A DNA stretch of 38,128 nt, taken from NCBI GenBank assembly GCA_964431705.1, contig CAYSJY010000001.1:1-38128 (forward strand). The letters run 5' to 3'. The translations under genes and the position numbers were made by a program. Positions 35,212 to 38,128 of the stretch are shown piece after piece. This DNA comes from an uncultured Muribaculaceae bacterium. Lineage in GTDB: Bacteria > Bacillota_I > Bacilli_A > RF39 > UBA660. Below the pieces are notes generated by a model that saw only the letters and a list, made by a program, of their open reading frames with translations, did no database searches and was not told the DNA's origin. Numbering within the stretch: position 1 is the stretch's first letter; each line of letters begins with the position of its first letter.

Positions 35212-36414
35212 ATGCAAAAAATAATATTTCATGTTGATGTTAATAATGCGTTTTTATCATGGCAAGCAGTTGAAATGCTAAAGACTGGAAGTTCTCTTGA
35301 CATAAGGAAAATACCCGCTGTTGTTGGTGGTGATGAGCAAAAAAGAAGGGGCGTTGTAGTCGCTAAAAGTTATCCTGCTAAAAAACTTGGGATAACAACT
35401 GGAGAGCCTATTTATTTAGCAAGAAGAAAAGCATCTGATTTATACGTTGTACAATCTAATAAAGATAAATATAAAGAATACTCAGATAAATTATATAATT
35501 TACTTTGTAAATATTCACCAGTAATAGAAAGGTATTCAATAGATGAGTGTTTCATGGATATGACTGGAATGGAATTAATGTATAAAGATCCGGTAAAGTT
35601 GGCATATCAAATAAAAGATGAGGTTGAAAAAACACTTGGTTTTACCGTTAACGTTGGGGTTGCAAACTGTAAGGTATGTGCTAAAATGGCAAGTGATTTT
35701 GAAAAACCTAATAAAGTGCATACGTTATTTGATTACGAAGTAAAAGAAAAAATGTGGCCTTTAAAAGTAGAAGATTTATTCATGGTTGGTAAAAGTTCTA
35801 GTGATAAACTTCATAAACTAGGAATTAACACGATAGGTGATTTAGCAAAGGCTGATTTAAATCTTTTAACTAGGTATTTTAAATCACAGGCAAAAACGAT
35901 GCATGGTTATGCAAACGGAATAGATGACTCAAAAGTAGAAAGACCAGTTCCTAAAAACAAAGGAATAGGGCACTCTACGACGCTTCCTTATGATTTGACT
36001 AGTATTTCGGAAATTAAGGCTGTTTTAAGAAAACTTTCAGATATGGTTGGAATAAGATTAAGGAATGAAAAAAAGCTTGCAACGGTTGTTCACGTACATT
36101 TTAAAAATAGTTCATTCATAAGTTATGGTCATCAAAAAAAATTGGTTAACCCAATTTCATCAAATGAAGATATATATGAGGTTGCTTGTGATCTTGCCAA
36201 AGCATCATGGAAAAATGATCCCATAAGGCTTGTTGGTTTAAGAGTAAGTGATTTAACAGATAAAGCGTATGAGCAAATGTCTTTGTTTGAAGAAGCAGGA
36301 AAAATAGAAAAAAGAGATAAAGTTCAAAAGGCAATAGACGAAATAAATAGCAAATTCGGCTCAAATACCATTAAAAGTGCATCTTTATTTAATAAAAAAG
36401 AAAACAAGTTTTAG
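35212..36414 (+). CDS. dinB: Y-family DNA polymerase (Pol IV / ImpB-MucB-SamB type), intact
   Basis: IIFHVDVNNAFLSWQAVE, GGDEQKRRGVVVAKSYPAKKLGITTGEP, YSIDECFMDMTG (catalytic DE), GFTVNVGVANCKVCAKMASDFEKPN, little-finger region present. ATG at 35212 follows GTGAGGTGA. Confidence 0.85.
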   Translation: MQKIIFHVDVNNAFLSWQAVEMLKTGSSLDIRKIPAVVGGDEQKRRGVVVAKSYPAKKLGITTGEPIYLARRKASDLYVVQSNKDKYKEYSDKLYNLLCKYSPVIERYSIDECFMDMTGMELMYKDPVKLAYQIKDEVEKTLGFTVNVGVANCKVCAKMASDFEKPNKVHTLFDYEVKEKMWPLKVEDLFMVGKSSSDKLHKLGINTIGDLAKADLNLLTRYFKSQAKTMHGYANGIDDSKVERPVPKNKGIGHSTTLPYDLTSISEIKAVLRKLSDMVGIRLRNEKKLATVVHVHFKNSSFISYGHQKKLVNPISSNEDIYEVACDLAKASWKNDPIRLVGLRVSDLTDKAYEQMSLFEEAGKIEKRDKVQKAIDEINSKFGSNTIKSASLFNKKENKF

Positions 36415-36926
36415 TTTTCTTTTTTGTATCCAATATACGGTAAATTTCTATAGTTTTGATCATAATCAAGACCATAACCAATAACAAATTTATCTTCTAT
36501 TTCAAAACCAACATAGTCAGGTTCAAAATCAACTATTCTTCTTGCTTTTTTATCTAGTAAAGTACATACTTTAATACTTCTTGGTTTTTCTTTTTCTAGA
36601 TAAGGTATTAAATAATTAAGGGTTTTACCAGTATCAATAATGTCTTCTATTATTATGATATCATCATCTTTTATATCATTAAGCATGTTAGCTACTAACT
36701 TTATTTCACTACTGTTTTCTCCAACATAACTTTCTACTTTTAAAAAGTCTATTTTTACGTTTTTACTTATGTACCTAGATAAGTCACAAGTAAAAAATAT
36801 AGATCCTTTTAAAATACATATCAAATGAATGTTTTTATCCTTATAATCAGATTCTATTTGATGTGCTAATTCTTTTGTTCTTTTTTGTAATTCTTCTTCG
36901 TTTATTAATGTTTCTATATTATCCAT
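36411..36926 (-). CDS. hpt: hypoxanthine(-guanine) phosphoribosyltransferase
   Basis: 171 aa. PRPP loop IIIIEDIIDTGKTL, DFLKVESY, KFVIGYGLDY. Confidence 0.9.
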   Translation of the reverse strand: MDNIETLINEEELQKRTKELAHQIESDYKDKNIHLICILKGSIFFTCDLSRYISKNVKIDFLKVESYVGENSSEIKLVANMLNDIKDDDIIIIEDIIDTGKTLNYLIPYLEKEKPRSIKVCTLLDKKARRIVDFEPDYVGFEIEDKFVIGYGLDYDQNYRNLPYIGYKKEN

Positions 36927-37039
36927 GTTACACTCCTATATAAAAATTATATCACATTTTTATAAATATATATTGATTTATTTTTATATGTTTGTTAAAA
37001 TACTATTGCATTTGTTAAGTGCAATTATTACTTATACTT

Positions 37040-37116
37040 GGCGGAATTGGTGAAGTGGTTAACACGCCGGATTGTGGCTCCGGTATGCATGAGTTCGATC
37101 CTCATATTTCGCCCCA
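37040..37116 (+). tRNA. trnH: tRNA-His (anticodon GTG) with encoded G-1 and CCA
   Basis: G-GCGGAAT...CCGGA-TTGTGGC-TCCGG...ATGAG-TTCGATC-CTCAT-ATTTCGC-C-CCA. The extra 5' G pairing with discriminator C is the bacterial tRNA-His hallmark. Confidence 0.92.
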
Positions 37117-37127
37117 TATGAAAATAT

Positions 37128-37156
37128 AACCAGCTCTTGGGAGTTGGTTTTTGTTT
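37128..37156 (+). terminator. terminator after tRNA-His
   Basis: aaccagctc-ttgg-gagttggtt stem (with G:U pairs) followed by TTTTGTTT. Confidence 0.65.
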
Positions 37157-37362
37157 GTTAAAAAAGAATTGGCAACTCAAACCCAACAATATGGTATAAT
37201 AAAAAAGTAATGTTAGGTGTGAGGTTTTTTCAATAATTTAAACTATTTTTATATAGAATATCAGTATTTTTTATATTTTTTCATACTCATTAGAAAATAA
37301 ATTCCTTATAGAAGAGAGAATTTTAAAAATAATTAATATAACAAAGTAGTGGGAGTGATAAT

Positions 37363-37896
37363 ATGTGTGCAAATGAAATAAAAAATAATGAAAAAGCTAT
37401 TAAAAATAAAGAGAGTCTAATAAACAAAATAAACTACAACAAAATAACCATTGATGAATTTTTGAAACTTGATGAAAATAATTTGATGTTAGCCACGAAT
37501 CCTGGAAGAATGGGTGATGAAGATGGCTCATATTTTATTATGAAAGATAATGATAAGTTTGTAGCTTACAGAATAAGTGGCTGGATGTATGGACAAAAAG
37601 AGAATAATTATGTTTCGTTTGACATGATGTGTTCTCATTTTCCTAAATGGAAAGAAGCATGGGAAAATTATGCTAAAGAAGACTATGATGGTAAATATAA
37701 GTATGTATATATGGGATTTGGCAATGGATTATGCATAGATAAAAGAATTTATGAAGAGTTTAATAAATTTCTTGAACTTGTTGTATCGCAAAATCCTAGG
37801 TATAAAAGTGAAGGGAAAATACCAGCTTTATATTATAATTCTTGGGGAAAAGCATTATTGTTATATGTAAAAGAAAAGAAGATAGAACTTATATAA
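37363..37896 (+). CDS. hypothetical protein (177 aa)
   Basis: GGGAGTGA RBS. No recognisable motif. Confidence 0.6.
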   Translation: MCANEIKNNEKAIKNKESLINKINYNKITIDEFLKLDENNLMLATNPGRMGDEDGSYFIMKDNDKFVAYRISGWMYGQKENNYVSFDMMCSHFPKWKEAWENYAKEDYDGKYKYVYMGFGNGLCIDKRIYEEFNKFLELVVSQNPRYKSEGKIPALYYNSWGKALLLYVKEKKIELI

Positions 37897-38066
37897 AGGC
37901 AATAGGAAATAATGAAAAAGTGCTAGGAAACAGATAAGAATGATATTAAATTGTCTTCTTCTATAAATAAAAAATATTTAAGTAAAAAATAACGTAACAC
38001 AAAATAATACTTATAGAAAATATGGATAATGTGGTACAATGATATAGAAATGTTAGGTGTGATAAT

Positions 38067-38128
38067 ATGAACGAAAAAGATTTTGATTCTAGTATGAATC
38101 CTTATCAAGAAAAACAAAAGCCTAAAGG
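38067..38128 (+). CDS. 5' end of a CDS running off the window
   Basis: ATG preceded by AGGTGTGA; open to the window edge (MNEKDFDSSMNPYQEKQKPK...). Confidence 0.35.
   Translation, partial: MNEKDFDSSMNPYQEKQKPK

Overview
AT-rich, Firmicutes-type chromosomal window. The taxon guess (spore-forming Erysipelotrichia/Clostridia-like) is inferred from a CwlJ-type germination lytic enzyme, LysM wall protein, sigma-A style promoters, a CIRCE operator and GGAGG-type RBSs. All calls come from reading the ORF translations and DNA by eye; no database search was possible. I support about 40 CDS, 2 tRNAs (Trp-CCA, His-GTG), 4 pseudogenes or relics, and several terminators, promoters and operators. Clear housekeeping genes are cwlJ, a MacB/FtsX-type ABC exporter, a polyprenyl synthase, MgtC, PrsW, clpB (behind CIRCE), rsmI, dinB and hpt. 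Three accessory patches stand out. (1) 8.1-14.1 kb looks like a decaying mobile-element remnant: a umuC/uvrX-like polymerase with a frameshift and an in-frame TAG, an intact yolD, an XRE repressor with an in-frame TAA, and a shattered ORF. It surrounds one large intact 723-aa ORF (10718-12889) with two RX4H HEPN-like motifs in a duplicated sequence context, a C-terminal predicted TM hairpin, and an overlapping DUF1292-like small ORF. This is my best candidate for an undescribed system: a single-chain twin-HEPN membrane effector with no CRISPR. (2) 14.1-18.3 kb holds an operon-like set (unknown 172 aa, transglutaminase-fold protein, alpha/beta hydrolase) followed by a two-domain sigma factor and an overlapping unknown partner. 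(3) 26.4-31 kb holds an orphan soluble VirD4/TraG-like ATPase with a degenerate Walker A, a histidine phosphatase, a three-part protein (unknown N-domain, P-loop kinase, DinJ/RelB-like C-terminal peptide) and a second transglutaminase-fold protein. A 32-nt copy of the tRNA-Trp 3' half at 18309-18340 and the intact tRNA-Trp at 22446-22519 bracket a 4.1-kb VTC/DUF4956/beta-helix cassette, which may be an integration scar. No CRISPR array, rRNA, transposase or integrase is visible.
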